Source: Octopus sinensis
Lineage: Eukaryota
Direction of reading: 5' to 3'
DNA: 64,000 bases
Assembly: GCF_006345805.1 (NCBI RefSeq)
Contig: NC_043000.1
Span: forward strand, 116,250,001-116,314,000
The position numbers and the translations under genes are program-made. Under the pieces are notes generated by a model that was not told where the DNA came from, ran no database searches, and worked only from the letters and a program-made list of their open reading frames with translations. Below are positions 1 to 12,310 of the stretch, piece by piece. Positions within the stretch are counted from its first letter, which is position 1. Every line of letters begins with the position of its first letter.

Positions 1-83
1 AAGAACACAACGCACACCCGGACCAGGGATCGAAGCGATAATCTTGTGATCGCTACCACAATATTCTGACAACTAGGCCGCGT
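1..83 (-). mobile_element. tRNA-derived SINE head fragment (cut by window edge)
   Basis: Reverse complement reads gcggcctagttgtcagaat...ttcgatccctggtccgggtgtgcgttgtgttctt, an A/B-box-like head resembling the SINE head at 3340. Confidence 0.55.
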
Positions 84-154
84 GATTTCACATTTGTATA
101 GACATGACCGTAACACAAAGTGTTGGGGATGAAGTCTATAAAAATGTTCTATAG

Positions 155-708
155 TATTGGGTTGTCCGGAAAGCTTGTGTCGATTTTTAAAGGAAAGAAA
201 AAGGTCAATTACATTTTTAATCAACCAAATATAAACCATTTTGTTGCACAATGCGTCTCCATCTTTCCTTTAACTTGAAAATACCCTTTTCCGAGAATTG
301 AGGTGGTTTCATGGCAAAGAATTCAAGGTGTCTTTTTACGTCATACAATGAATTGAAAGTTTTACCATTAAGACTATTATGCAGAGACCTGAATAAATGG
401 GAATCCGAAGGAGCAATATCTGATGAATATAGAGGGTGGGGTAACACATCCCAGCCAAGCTGCAGCAATTTTTGTCTGGTTCCCAAAGCATCAAGTGCCG
501 AAAATGAACTTTCTTGTCTTCCATTTTAAAGGGTTACAGAATTAACACAGGTTATAGGAACATAAACCTTCTTCCACGAAAAGATAGCTTAAACTGTGCT
601 CTAAATGGAGGTGTAGTCAAATCCTATTTTCTGGACTCAGGCATGTTCTAAAATAAATTGAAAGGTAAGCTACTATAAATCGGCACGAACTTTCCGCACA
701 AACCAATA
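155..708 (-). mobile_element. Internally deleted mariner (DD34D) element with both TIRs
   Basis: TIRs tattgggttgtccggaaagcttgtgtcgattt (155) and aaatcggcacgaactttccgcacaaaccaata (ends 708), with TA ends. N-terminal MEDKKVHFRHLMLWE is joined directly to C-terminal LGWDVLPHPLYSSDIAPSDSHLFRSL...ERWRRIV (YSPDLAPSD motif). Confidence 0.92.
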
Positions 709-988
709 CATTACAGGGCTACTTTTTGAATTTTCTAGCACGACATAAACCTATGTCCTTTGATATATTCAACACTAGTTGTGATTTGAGGTAAATTTGG
801 TTACTATTTTAGAAAGGCAAGATACATCGTTTAGGTACCCTAGTGTTTTGCATCAGTAACATGTATTCAGTTTTAAACTTCTAAAATGGAAGTTTATGTG
901 TAAAGTACAACGTGCCTTGAGGCGATATGGTGAAATGACGCCGTCGATTATGCCTAAGAAATATTTGGAGGGTATATAGTGTTCCATA

Positions 989-1844
989 TTAACCCTTTGA
1001 CAACGGTTGACGCAAATATACGATCACACTTTTGCTTGCCTACCCGCGGTTAGCGTAAATATACGATGTAGAGCTGCCCTACATCTATCACGGACTTTTT
1101 AGCGGCTGACGTATGTTTACGTTCGCAATCGTGTACTTTATCTCTTGAGATGCGCGCACTCGCCGTCCCGTGCATTATCTTAGCTATTTTAGGTTACGTT
1201 CAAGTCATGAGACTAGCAGGAGAGCAATGACAAGCGGATATTTTCATGCATAATACTGTGTTTTGAGTTGTACCACACGCAAGCTATTTTTTAATTTTGA
1301 GCAGAATAACTCGTGCATATCATATGATAAATAGCCATTTCTTTACTACTCACAAGGGGCGAAACACAGAGATGACAAACAAGGACAGATAAACGGATTA
1401 AGTCGATTATATCGACCCCAGTGCGTAACTGGTTCTTAATTAATCGACCCCGAAAGGATGAAAGGCAAAGTCGACCTCGGCGGAATTTGAACTCAGAACG
1501 TAACGGCAGACAAAATACTGCTAAGCATTTCGCCCGGCGTGCTAACGTTTCTGCCAGCTTGCCACCTTCTTTACATGCATAATACCGTGTTTTGAGCTGT
1601 ACCACACGCAGGCTATTTTTTTAACTTGAGCAGAATAACTCATGCATATCATATTATGATAGATAGCTTCACATAGTTCGTTTTCATAAACGGGTCGACG
1701 TAAATGTACGACGCTATGTTATTGTAACGGTGAACGTAAATAGAGGTGAGCTCGTTGGCACTTGTGTGTTTGTGTGGCCTTATTAGATAAAAAACCGGAG
1801 CAGTGTCTCGCATGCTTCGGGTAATACCGGCGTCGAAGGGTTAG
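989..1844. mobile_element. piggyBac-like non-autonomous element (MITE) with a nested SINE
   Basis: Ends are ttaa|ccctttgacaacggt ... accggcgtcgaaggg|ttag: 15-bp TIR matching 12/15, CCC/GGG termini, TTAA/TTAG flanks. Internal motif gacgyaaatrtacg is repeated. Confidence 0.65.
1337..1566 (-). mobile_element. SINE family A (tRNA-like head, Deu/Nin-like central domain)
   Basis: Matches the window consensus ggcggcgagctggcagaaacgttagc...gagttcaaattccgccgaggtcgactttgcctttcatcctttcggggtcgat...aagtaccag...gtaaagaaat. Confidence 0.9.
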
Positions 1845-2479
1845 GAATAAGTTTAGAGAAGGCACGTATTGATGTATATTAAATGTGGTTGGGATGGAAA
1901 ATATATACAATAAACTATGTTAAAAGAGAAATATTGAATTAAGTGAAAGAAATTCAGAGAGAAGAGGTGAGAAGGAGAAGGAGTGAGAAAGGTTATCAGA
2001 AAGACGTAAGATGGTGAAGATGACAGGTTGAGAGAAAGGACACGGGGTAGAGAAGATATGTTTAACGGAGAAAGACAGAAAGGTAAAGAGAGATATTTAT
2101 ACAGAGGAGGAGAGAGAACTGAGACAGAGTAAGAACAACAGGGAGAAAGAATGAGAGAGGGAGAGAGAGGAAGATGTATAGAGAAAAGGAAACGGAGAGA
2201 GACAGTAAAACAAAAGCAATGTGATATTTTTATGCGAACTGAGAAAAGTCAATTATTTGTTAGACAGCATAATGTAAAATTTATTTATCTATTTATGCAG
2301 TGACCTACATGGTAACGACACACACACACACACACACACATTATAATATATATATATACGTGTATATGTGTGTGTGTGTGTGTGTGTGTACTCGTGAACG
2401 TGGGTATGTAGATATACAAATGTTTATCTGCAAAAGTCTACGTATGTATATAAGCACATATCTATCTATCTATACATAC

Positions 2480-2513
<34 letters not shown>

Positions 2514-2948
2514 ACATGTCTATACACCTGCGCCTACTTCTTCCTTTGTTATCTAATTAATTATTAATTAAAGACAAACTCGCGAAAACTACAAGATTCT
2601 CAATGTTATTACATCCAGTTTCTTCTCATACATATATATCTATATATATATCAAAAACTACATACAGAAATAAGTCATCTAATATATAATATATTATGGC
2701 ATATAAAATTTGATCTTAAATCGTATATGTATCTTAGAAAATGCTTGTTAACGTTCATTAATCCACATTCAAAACAAGGTCACAATTCATTAGCATTTCC
2801 AGAACTGCCTGTCTCTACGCAGTTTTTACCTCGGGGTTTAGGCCAGATAGAGAAGACAAGTAAGAGAATTTTATAATACAAAACTGAAATTTTCAGCGAC
2901 AAATCTTGGATTTCCAATAAGACCAAAACGCGGAACACCAAATACATT

Positions 2949-3310
2949 TACAGGGTTGGACAAAAATAGTGGCAACATCGTTAAATGTAAGTTTGTATCA
3001 TGTAATACGGCGTTGATTCAACTTTGGCATCAGTCACACATTTAACATGGAATGAATTGATTCAAACACGTAGCCAGTTGTTAGGGTATTCGGAGCCATT
3101 CTCCAAGTAAAAATATGCTGGTTCTTTCAGCAGCGATAGCGGAGAAAAGCGTCTCGCCACTTGCTGCTCTAAAATGTACCATAAACGCTCGAATATTTTG
3201 AGAACTGTTGATTATTGAGATCTACTTTACTTTTCTGTACTTGGTAACAGCTACGAATAACATTAAGTGCGTGAATCGGCATATAATCCTCCTGGAAAAT
3301 TACCCTAATA
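2949..3310 (-). mobile_element. Tc1-like transposon relic (C-terminal transposase and terminus)
   Basis: Begins tacagggttggacaaaaata (TA + CAG terminus). The minus strand gives degenerate ERLWYILEQQVARRFSPLSLLKE, similar to Tc1 IEHLW..LE..V.RR..PP..LKEL. Confidence 0.6.
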
Positions 3311-3339
3311 TATAGGAACACTAAAACAATATGTGTGTA

Positions 3340-3650
3340 GACGCAATGGCCCAGTGGTTAGGGCAGTGAACTCACGGTCGACGGGTCGCGGTTTCGATTA
3401 CCAGACCGGGCGTTGTGTGTGTTTATTGAGCGAAAACACCTAAAAAAGCTCCACGAGGTTCAAGAAGGTGGGGTGGCGACCCCTGTTGTCCACTTTCACC
3501 ACAACTTTCTCTCACTCTCTTTCCCTGTTTCTTGAGTAACGCTGCGATGGACTAGCGTCCCGTCCAGCTGGGGTGGGGGTGGGGAACACCTACGCCACAG
3601 AAACCGGAAAACCGGTCCCGTGAGCTTGGCTAGGCTTGAAAAGGGCGACA
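3340..3650 (+). mobile_element. tRNA-derived SINE family D (V/Meta-like central domain)
   Basis: Head tggcccagtggttaggg...ggtttcgattacc; central ctgcgatggactagcgtcccgtccag...cagaaaccgg. Degenerate relatives lie at ~22090-22600. Confidence 0.75.
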
Positions 3651-3871
3651 AAAAATACTATATGTATCATAGGATGATCATGCTCAGCCGAAATACTCAG
3701 ATAATGCTTGTAGAACAAATAAAAGAACATGGAATGCCTGAACCAAGATATTACAAAGTCTCCTCTATTTCTTTGAGACGTCTCCAGAAATAAACATGTC
3801 CGAGGCACAAGAAACAGCGAATAGTTATTACTCAGTCATTGAATAGATATCTCGATGCAATAAAATAGATA

Positions 3872-4098
3872 GGCGGCGAGCTGGCAGAATTGTTAGCACG
3901 CCGGGCGAAATACTTAGCGGTATTTCATCTGCCGTTACGTTCTGAGTTCAAATTCCGCTGAGGTCGACCTTGCCTGTCATCCTTTCGGCTACGATAAATT
4001 AAGTACCACTTACGCACTGGGGTCTATGTAATCGACTTAATCCCTTTGTCCTTGTTTGTCCCCTCTATGTTTAGCCCCTTATGGGCAATAAAGAAATA
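3872..4098 (+). mobile_element. SINE family A, full length
   Basis: Full consensus match; flanks gaatagatatctcg (3841) and gaacagatatctcg (4100). Confidence 0.9.
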
Positions 4099-4491
4099 AG
4101 AACAGATATCTCGTCCTAAAATTTCTGGCCTCGTGCTAAAAGAATTTCGAAAACTATTATTATTGCTGCCGTTGTTGTTATTGTTGTTTGTGTATTTGTT
4201 ATTGTCCTTTTGTTTCTAGTTGTGATCACTGTCCTTGATACTGCTTCATCTTCTGACAAGGCGTTTTACGCGTAGCTCCTGAGTTTGGATTTTACTTAGT
4301 TGATCATATTTCAAAAATTATATATTTCCTTTGCTTGTGATTTTAGTAGAAATTATAAACACTACCAAGAAAATTGAAATTTTTTGGTGGGTGGAATATT
4401 TCCGTATCGCTTTGTTTGCATTTAAGACAAAATTACTGATGAGAGGTTAACTGTGACATCTACAACAAACACTACCAGAAAAGAAGCTCAG

Positions 4492-4524
4492 TTAATAATA
4501 ATAATAATAATAATAATGATGATG

Positions 4525-4577
<53 letters not shown>

Positions 4578-4595
4578 GATAATAATAATGATTAT
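4492..4595. repeat. (AAT)n microsatellite
   Basis: Direct read. Confidence 0.95.
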
Positions 4596-4924
4596 AAAGG
4601 TGAGTACAGTTTTTTACTGGTTAGTTTAACAACAACAACGAGATGAGTAACAATTACCACATAACAAGAAAAAGAATGATCAGATTTGTACACAGCTTTG
4701 TAGATGCTGCCTCGAACAAGTTAATAGAACAAAGTTCAGTCAGCGTTTCTTATAATACCGTGCCGTCTCGCCCCCGGGAATTTTTACAACATTTTCGTCC
4801 TAAGAAATACACCCACTATATGCACTGAGTGTTGGACGATTTCATACATGTTGCCGTTTGATGTCGAATATAATTTTCAGTAACTCGTCTATAGAATGTA
4901 AAGCAGATGAGGTTATCAAAGTGC

Positions 4925-5054
4925 TTCCTAGCCACATGGTTCCGGGTTCAGTCTCACTGCGTGGCACCTGGCACAATCGTGATCTCCTATAGCCTCCGGT
5001 CGACCAAAGCCTTGTGAGTGGATTTGGTAGACGAAAATTGAAAGAAACTCGTCG
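4925..5054 (+). mobile_element. SINE family B, 5' half
   Basis: ccacatggttccgggttcagtctcactgcgtggcacc...gtggatttggtagacg matches the family B head. Confidence 0.8.
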
Positions 5055-5237
5055 TATTAATCCCTGTTCACGGCGAAGCCGGGAGTCCGTATGGCCTCTG
5101 TGCTAAGACTATCCGAACAAAGACAGCTGTTGTAATGAATGACCGGTAGAGCGAAAATGGTGAGAGACCGGGTTGTCATTGCCGAGTCTAATGTCGCGGA
5201 AGTACTCCATGAAACGGTCAGCCAAGCCTCGTCCGTT
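5055..5237 (-). pseudogene. Penelope-like element GIY-YIG endonuclease fragment (frame not in ORF track)
   Basis: Hand translation gives NGRGLADRFMEYFRDIRLGNDNPVSHHFRSTGHSLQQLSLFG*S*HRGHTDSRLRREQGLI, matching the PLE pattern TGR.L..RF.EH..DI....D.PV..HF...GHS...R..REQ.LI; two stop codons. Confidence 0.8.
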
Positions 5238-5238
5238 C

Positions 5239-5405
5239 TAAGGGACATGTCCAACTTGTTACGGTCAAACAACTGACAAGCAAATCTGTGGTATTAAGCA
5301 GAATATTTGCTGTAGCCCATCTTTTATACAAAGACAAAACAAAACAAAACAATCTGTTAAAATCAGAAGCCATGAGAGCCACCGCCCTGTACTGCATCAG
5401 CGCAT
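5239..5405. mobile_element. Repeat family C fragment
   Basis: aagggacatg...caaatctgtggtattragcagaatatttgctgtagcccatcttttatac is shared with ~20160-20340. Confidence 0.8.
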
Positions 5406-5870
5406 TTATTATTTATTTATGTATGTATGTATGTATGTATGTATGTATGTATGTATGTATGTATGTATGTATGATTATTATTATTATTATCATTGTTATT
5501 GTTATTACCGTTTCCTTCATTCAATGATCAGATTCATGCTCATCATTCCGGAAGAGAAACTTTATAAATCAATCTGGGATTCCTCTGGAGAGTTCAGATT
5601 ATAGTGATATTTCAACAATGTGATCGATACCAGTGCAAATCAATACATTCTTCTAATACTAAAAGCCTAATCAGTACTTGATAATTCCATCCAGCTTCTA
5701 ACAAAGACAAAATTTTAAGACTTTTTATTTAATATTTATATTGTATTTAGTCGAGACTTTATAATGAAGATTGGATTTATGTTGAGTCACAATGTGCAAT
5801 AACAGTGTACAATATACATATATTTATACATAGATACGTACACACATATGTGCGTATATACATACATAGA

Positions 5871-5928
<58 letters not shown>

Positions 5929-5950
5929 TGTATGTATGTATGTATGTATG

Positions 5951-5984
<34 letters not shown>

Positions 5985-6233
5985 GCTATCTATCTATCTA
6001 TTTATCTATCTATCTATCGATCGATGTGTGTCGCTCCGAAAAAAAAAGGGATTTGACATGAGTTGTTACTCTTGGTTATAACTTGCTTTCGGGTGTTTTT
6101 ACACCAATGGCATTAAGAATATATTCTCTTGCGTCTAAAGGATGCAGCCACCCGACGAACTAGCAATACATACCCCACATGTATGTGTGTTCGACTTCGT
6201 TTCTATACTACGAGCTGCTTCTCATTCATATTT

Positions 6234-6673
6234 ATGTTCATGGTCTCAAAAATGTGTCCTACGAAGAAAGGCTGAGGACGCTCGACCTTTATTCTCTTGA
6301 AAAACGCCGCCGCCGTGGTGATCTCATTCTCGCCCACAACATCATAAGCGGAAAGTGTAACCTCTCGAAAGAGCTCTTCTTCGCTCCTGCTCCAGAGCGT
6401 CGGCTGCGGGGTCATTCCGAAAAGCTCTACCTGCGACGATTTCATCTCAAACGAAGGAGAGGAGCTTTCTCCGTCCGGGTTGCGGATCCGTGGAACAAGC
6501 TGCCAGACGAGATGGTGAAGATGCCGACGACCGCTTTGTTCAAAGCCACCCTGGACCTCAAGTGGCCTGAACTCTTTACATGAACACCACCCTGTACTTA
6601 ACTCCATGTCCCCTACATGGCCTTGCTATTTGCTTTTGAGCCAAATTAACTAACTAACTAACTAACTAACTAA
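6234..6673 (+). mobile_element. 5'-truncated CR1-clade LINE (ORF2 C-terminus, 3' UTR, (TAAC)n tail)
   Basis: SYEERLRTLDLYSLEKRRRRGDLI...LRGHSEKL...FSVRVADPWNKLP...FKATLD is uninterrupted; (taac)n tail; catattt flanks both sides (6227-6233, 6674-6680). Confidence 0.92.
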
Positions 6674-7717
6674 CATATTTGAATTTTTTCCGTAGCATGA
6701 CATAGTGGGACATCCCGCCAGATGGTTCTTAGACCATTTAGCATATGATCATAGCCAATTAGACAGCTCGCGGCACGTTCCGTTCATAGGGTATATCTTT
6801 GTAAAGAACTTAGTAATAATTTTAAACGTGTATTTTATATTCAACTACAACTTTGTAATTGAATGTATTTCTATCGAAGAAATCTATTTCGGTATGGGTG
6901 GTCTAAAATTGTTTTATTTTGCTCGAAGTCGAACTGTCAGTTTAAACTTTACTAAAAGATGTTTATTGTATCTAAATTTTGAAATATTGTTTCGTAAAAT
7001 AGATTTATTTTTTGCAAAAAAAAAGTGAAGTCTTAAATTTAAATACAAAAATAGATATGTTTAATATAAATGAATAAAAAGAATTCAATAGGGTTGGAAA
7101 AGTGTGTTAATTTAAGTTTACAAGATCATTCTCTTCGCTAAAACGAAAAAAATAAAGAAAAGAAAAGAAGACGAAAGGAAATATCTAGAGAAATATAATT
7201 ATAAGTAGTAATATAGAAACGAAGGGTTGGAAAAAAATTAAGATTCATAACGTTCGATAATACAAGACGTGGTATATATAAATATATTCATACATACAAA
7301 CACACACACACACACAAACACACACACATACACACACCCACACACACACACATATATAATTTTTAAAGAGGACAACGAACGTTAAGGCAAGGCAAACATC
7401 TCAAGTCGTAGCAGAAATCTACAATGGCTCCATAACTACCGTCACAGCCATAAACTTGGGACCCTAGTAACCCGTTGCAGCACTTACCTAACGTACCTAA
7501 TCGTTTAGATCACTTGTGAGTTAATCCCCGTAATTGAATATATATATATTTAATACTTTTCTCGCTGGATTGCGCGTTCGTTTCTCTTTTTGCCATCTGT
7601 GATTTTACTTTTGATCTTCTATATAAATGAAGATATTTCCTCCGTCTGGCTGCTTTTCTCTCTACAAAACAAGAAGTCACATTATTTAACTGTTATTTTA
7701 ACGAGTTGTATTTATTT

Positions 7718-7823
7718 ATCACCCGACGAGATACATCTTCACCACCGGATGCTCCTGAACCAGTTGTTGAGTGTCCGACCCTCGACGGATGCATGCGAGA
7801 TGTGTCGAAACAATTGTCGTGAT
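7718..7823 (+). ncRNA. Type I hammerhead ribozyme motif (variant core CCGACGA)
   Basis: atcac-CCGACGA-gatacatct...agatgtgtc-GAAAC-aatt-GTC-gtgat: stem I 5 bp, stem II 9 bp, inner helix cggatgctc/gagtgtccg, palindromic stem III acaattgt. Confidence 0.8.
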
Positions 7824-7989
7824 TAATAATCACTTCTCATATATTCGATCTTCTGTCTTTCATTTGCCTTATATATATATATATATATATATATGTATGG
7901 AGGCGTGTGAGTGTGCGTGTGTGTATATATATATATGAGGGTGTGTGGTTGTGTCTATTTGGGTGGATGTGTATCTATGTGTGTTTGCG

Positions 7990-8185
7990 TGTCGATATTT
8001 GTCCCCCGAACATCGCTTGACAATTGATGCGAGTGTGTTTACGTCCCCGTAATTTAGTGGTTCGGCAAAAAGAGAACGATAGAATAAGTACTAAGCTTAC
8101 AAAGAATAAGTCCTGGGTTCGCTCTTTCTCGACTAAAGGCGGTGCTCCAGCATGGCCGCAGTCAAATGACTGAAACAAGTACAAG
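7990..8185 (+). mobile_element. SINE family B, 3' half
   Basis: catcgcttgaca...ggttcggcaaaa...ggcggtgctccagcatggccgcagtcaaatgactgaaacaagta. Confidence 0.85.
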
Positions 8186-8795
8186 AATATGAAAGCAGAA
8201 AAGAAAGAGTAGTTAGAAAAATGCGAGAGACTTGGTGTTTGCACGAGTGCAAGTGTTTGAGCTTAGGCGTGTGTCTTTCAGAAAATATCATTCAGATATA
8301 CAGATAAATATATACATCCATTGTCGCTCATGAACCATCGACTCTCGTAGCAGATATCACGTTCTAAGCAATTTTGCTCACTCTTAAATATTCCTTTCCA
8401 ATACTTTTATTGTGCATTTTCTGATCATACGAAGATACGTGTTTTCATTTACCCCTTTCCACCACATCCAGGTTTCACCAAATATAATTAATTTATTCTA
8501 ACCTATATCTGTACAGTGGCGTTTGGATCCATTGTTGTATTCACATTGTTATCATTATCTGTCATCTCCTAACAAACATCTTTTCTGCAAACTTTCTTCC
8601 GCTTTTCCCTCCATTTTTTGCTGGTAATTAAATTTATTAAGTAGCTTATTGACATATATGTCGATAATCATGTTAGAATGATGACCTATTCTAGCAACAG
8701 TAGTAGTAGTTGAGGTGGTGTTGGTGGTGGTGATGGTGGTAGCTGATGTAGATATTATAGCGGTTTCTGAGTACAGACTTTGTTAAGGAATACAA

Positions 8796-9660
8796 TATTT
8801 CTTTATTTATTGCCCACAGGGAGCTAAACATAGAGGGAACAGACAACGGCAGACAACAGGATCAAGTCAATCCCATCCACCCCAGTGCGTAGCTGGTACT
8901 TATTTAATTGATCCCGAAAGGATGAAAGGCAAACTCGACCTCGGCCGAATGTGAACTCAGAACGTAACGGTAGACGAAATGTAGCTAAGCATTTCGCCCG
9001 GCGTACTAACGTTTCTGCCAGCTCACAGCACTTAGGACGTTCAATATTCTTTTCTACTCTACGCACAAGGCCCGAAAATGTGGGGGAGGGTGCCAGTCGA
9101 TTAGATCGACGCCAGTACACAACTAGTACTTAATCAATCGACTCTAAAAGGACCTCGGCGGAATTTGAACTCAGAACCTAATGGCAGACGGAATACCGCT
9201 AAGCAGTTCGCCCGGCGTGCTGACGCTTCTGCCAGCTCACCACGCTCAAGAAATTCAATGATTTTTTGCTCGGGGCACAAGGCCCGAAATTTTTAGGGAG
9301 GGGGAGCCAGTCGATTAGATCGACCCCAGTACACAACTGGTACTTAATTTATCGACTCCAAAAGTATAAAGGGCAAAGTCGACCTCAGCGGAATTTGAAC
9401 TCAGAATGTAACGGTAGACGAAATATCTATTTCTTTTCTACCCACAAGGGGCTAAACACAGAGGAGACATACAAGGACAGACAGACGGATTAAGTCGATT
9501 ACATAGACCCCGGTGCGTGACTGGTACTTAGTTTATCGACCCCGAAAGGATGAAAGGCAAAGTCGACCTCGGAGGAATTTGAACTCAGAACGTAACGGCA
9601 GACGAAATACCGCTAAGCATTTCGTCCGGCGTGCTAATGATTCTGCTAGATCACTGCCCT
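8796..9660 (-). mobile_element. Cluster of ~4 SINE family A units
   Basis: Repeated cgacctcggcggaatttgaactcagaa cores with two alternative 3' tails and a head-less junction at ~9420. Confidence 0.88.
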
Positions 9661-10232
9661 TAAGAAATTTAATATTGCAACATATAAACATATCAAGCAG
9701 TGATGCGAATGCGAATTAATTAAGAAGTGGATGAATTGCTGGTGTGTTCATGTATACATTCATCTGTATGTGTGAATACACATCCGAAGTAAAGCATGGC
9801 AGTAATGTATCTGTATATATATATATATATGCATGCACACAATTCCTGTTGCTATACTCACTCCAGAGGTTTGTGCCAACTCGTTCTGAGTAGCCGTAAT
9901 GATATAACTGGACTTAAAGCCATAAAATTCATGGGGTATGTGCAATGAAAATATGTAAGTTAACAATAGGAACAGAAGCGTATCAAATGAGTCGAGTAAT
10001 ACTCCTTATGAAACAGAAAGAAAAGAATAAACGCAGATAAGATAAAAAGAAATACAGATGATAAAAATTTGTAATGTATCATTACATTGCACACGTCGTC
10101 TAACAGGGCTGTTAGAAAGTAGGATAGCAGGACGTTAATGAGAGATACAATCCGTATTAATAAATGGAGAAATAGAGTGAACGGTATAACTACTCAGGTT
10201 TCTTGACTTCATTTTGTGCATTATATATGATA

Positions 10233-10271
<39 letters not shown>

Positions 10272-11003
10272 CACACATACGTACATGTATACACTTACAC
10301 ATACATAGGAAGTGAAAATGAGAAGACAATTGAAAGTAGCTAGCTCGTAGCACGTATTTGTCAAACGCGTGTGCATTAAATGATAGACAATGCAGATTCT
10401 AGTTTTATTGAAATCATCACCGAGGACAGAAGAGCTTCGACAATTGTTAACAATTCTAAATGGGGAGAAGAGATAACCTCAAATAATGAAGAAACTCAAC
10501 AAAATTAGCACGGTATTTACTAAAACGACGATGCGATTGCCTGGAGGAAAGCCAAGTGAAGCAAACAAGTGTTTCACTTTGATCTATTTACATATTAATA
10601 CGCTATTATTATAAGTATCGGAAGCGAATTATGAAAATATTTAACCCATCTTCTCTCGAATGTATATAAATTGTCATGCTGTCAACAACATATGTTTGTA
10701 TATACAAATCATTTACTTTTTACTTGTTTCAATCACTTGACTGTGGACATGTTGGAGTATCGCCTTGATATGTGTGTATATATATGTACATATATATATT
10801 ATATATATATATATATAATATATATATATATATACAATTAAATGAAGTCGCATGAAATGATCGTACTGCATTACCTATGGATATCCTTGTTGCTTATTTT
10901 GATTGTGACCACTCCATTTTGAATTTTATGGATAATACCATACCAAATTCTGGTGCCTTTAATTTAAGTACCATATTGAACTGAATCTAAATTTTACTGA
11001 ACT

Positions 11004-11137
<134 letters not shown>

Positions 11138-12081
11138 CACTAATGTCAGTTTAGAGGGAAATGTTATCCGCGCGGATAGCATGATAGCTTTCACTTATGC
11201 TCCAGGTAGAGTTAACCGCATCGATTAGTATTTCACGACTGTCAATACTAGGAGTTGCCACTTACACTGTCATATCCTCCGATAGGTAATTCCGTGTTCG
11301 CTCCCCTGCATGGTTATATTGGCTGGAATGTATATTTGCAGTAAATATAACGATAAAGAATATTGTGACTGGTACATCTACAATATTTATTTCCTTTTAT
11401 TTACAATGCCATAAAGCTTATTTTTATGGTTACGATGCCCTACACGTGTTTCCACAGAATATTAGCAGGTGCATAAGTAACCGGACATAATTTCCTGTGC
11501 AGGTTCGTTCAGGTCCTTTCACTCAGCTTGCCTCCGAGCGAACTGTATTCAGTTAGTTGTTTATAGGGTTTTGGGGCAGGCGAGAGGAAACCTATTTTAA
11601 ATCTGAAGTCTGCTCTATTTGCAAACTTGTATGGTTGACCTCGGTGCCACACAGGGTTGCTGGTCGAAGCTAACGCTTCTGCCAGTTTGCAGCAAGCTTC
11701 TTATCTCACAGTCACTCCTGGGCCTTTGAAACCAATAATAAAAAAGTCCAAGACGCAAAGAAACCTAATAAAGCGATTCCACTTTGAATTTAGGCTTATA
11801 ATTATATCGTACAGAAGTGTGTATATATTTATCATAAACTTTTATGTTTTGGTGTATTTCATTTACTTTAATTGTCTTCGTCAATTATATATAACATATA
11901 AAAGGTATCCTCTCACTGATACGCACTGGCGCACACATTTACATAGATTCGTACAATCATATACATACCATCATAGACATTTTTCTTGCATATACCTGCG
12001 TATATATTCATGTTGTGTATGTACATGTATGTATTCATGCATGTATGCATGTATATCTGTTATATATATATATAATATATA

Positions 12082-12129
<48 letters not shown>

Positions 12130-12310
12130 ATGTATGTATGTATGTATGTATATATGTATGTATGTATGTATGTATGTACGTATGGTATGTATGTGTGTAT
12201 GTGTGCATATATTCATGCACTCATGTATGCCAACAGAGCATTAACTGATGGAATTACTACTTATCTATAGTAAATTTCATATACACCGTGTCTTCATATA
12301 TATATATATA

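Noticed and set aside
3340-3410. tRNA gene
   Set aside because: A/B-box-like motifs continue directly into a SINE body and no complete cloverleaf is evident; it is a SINE head.
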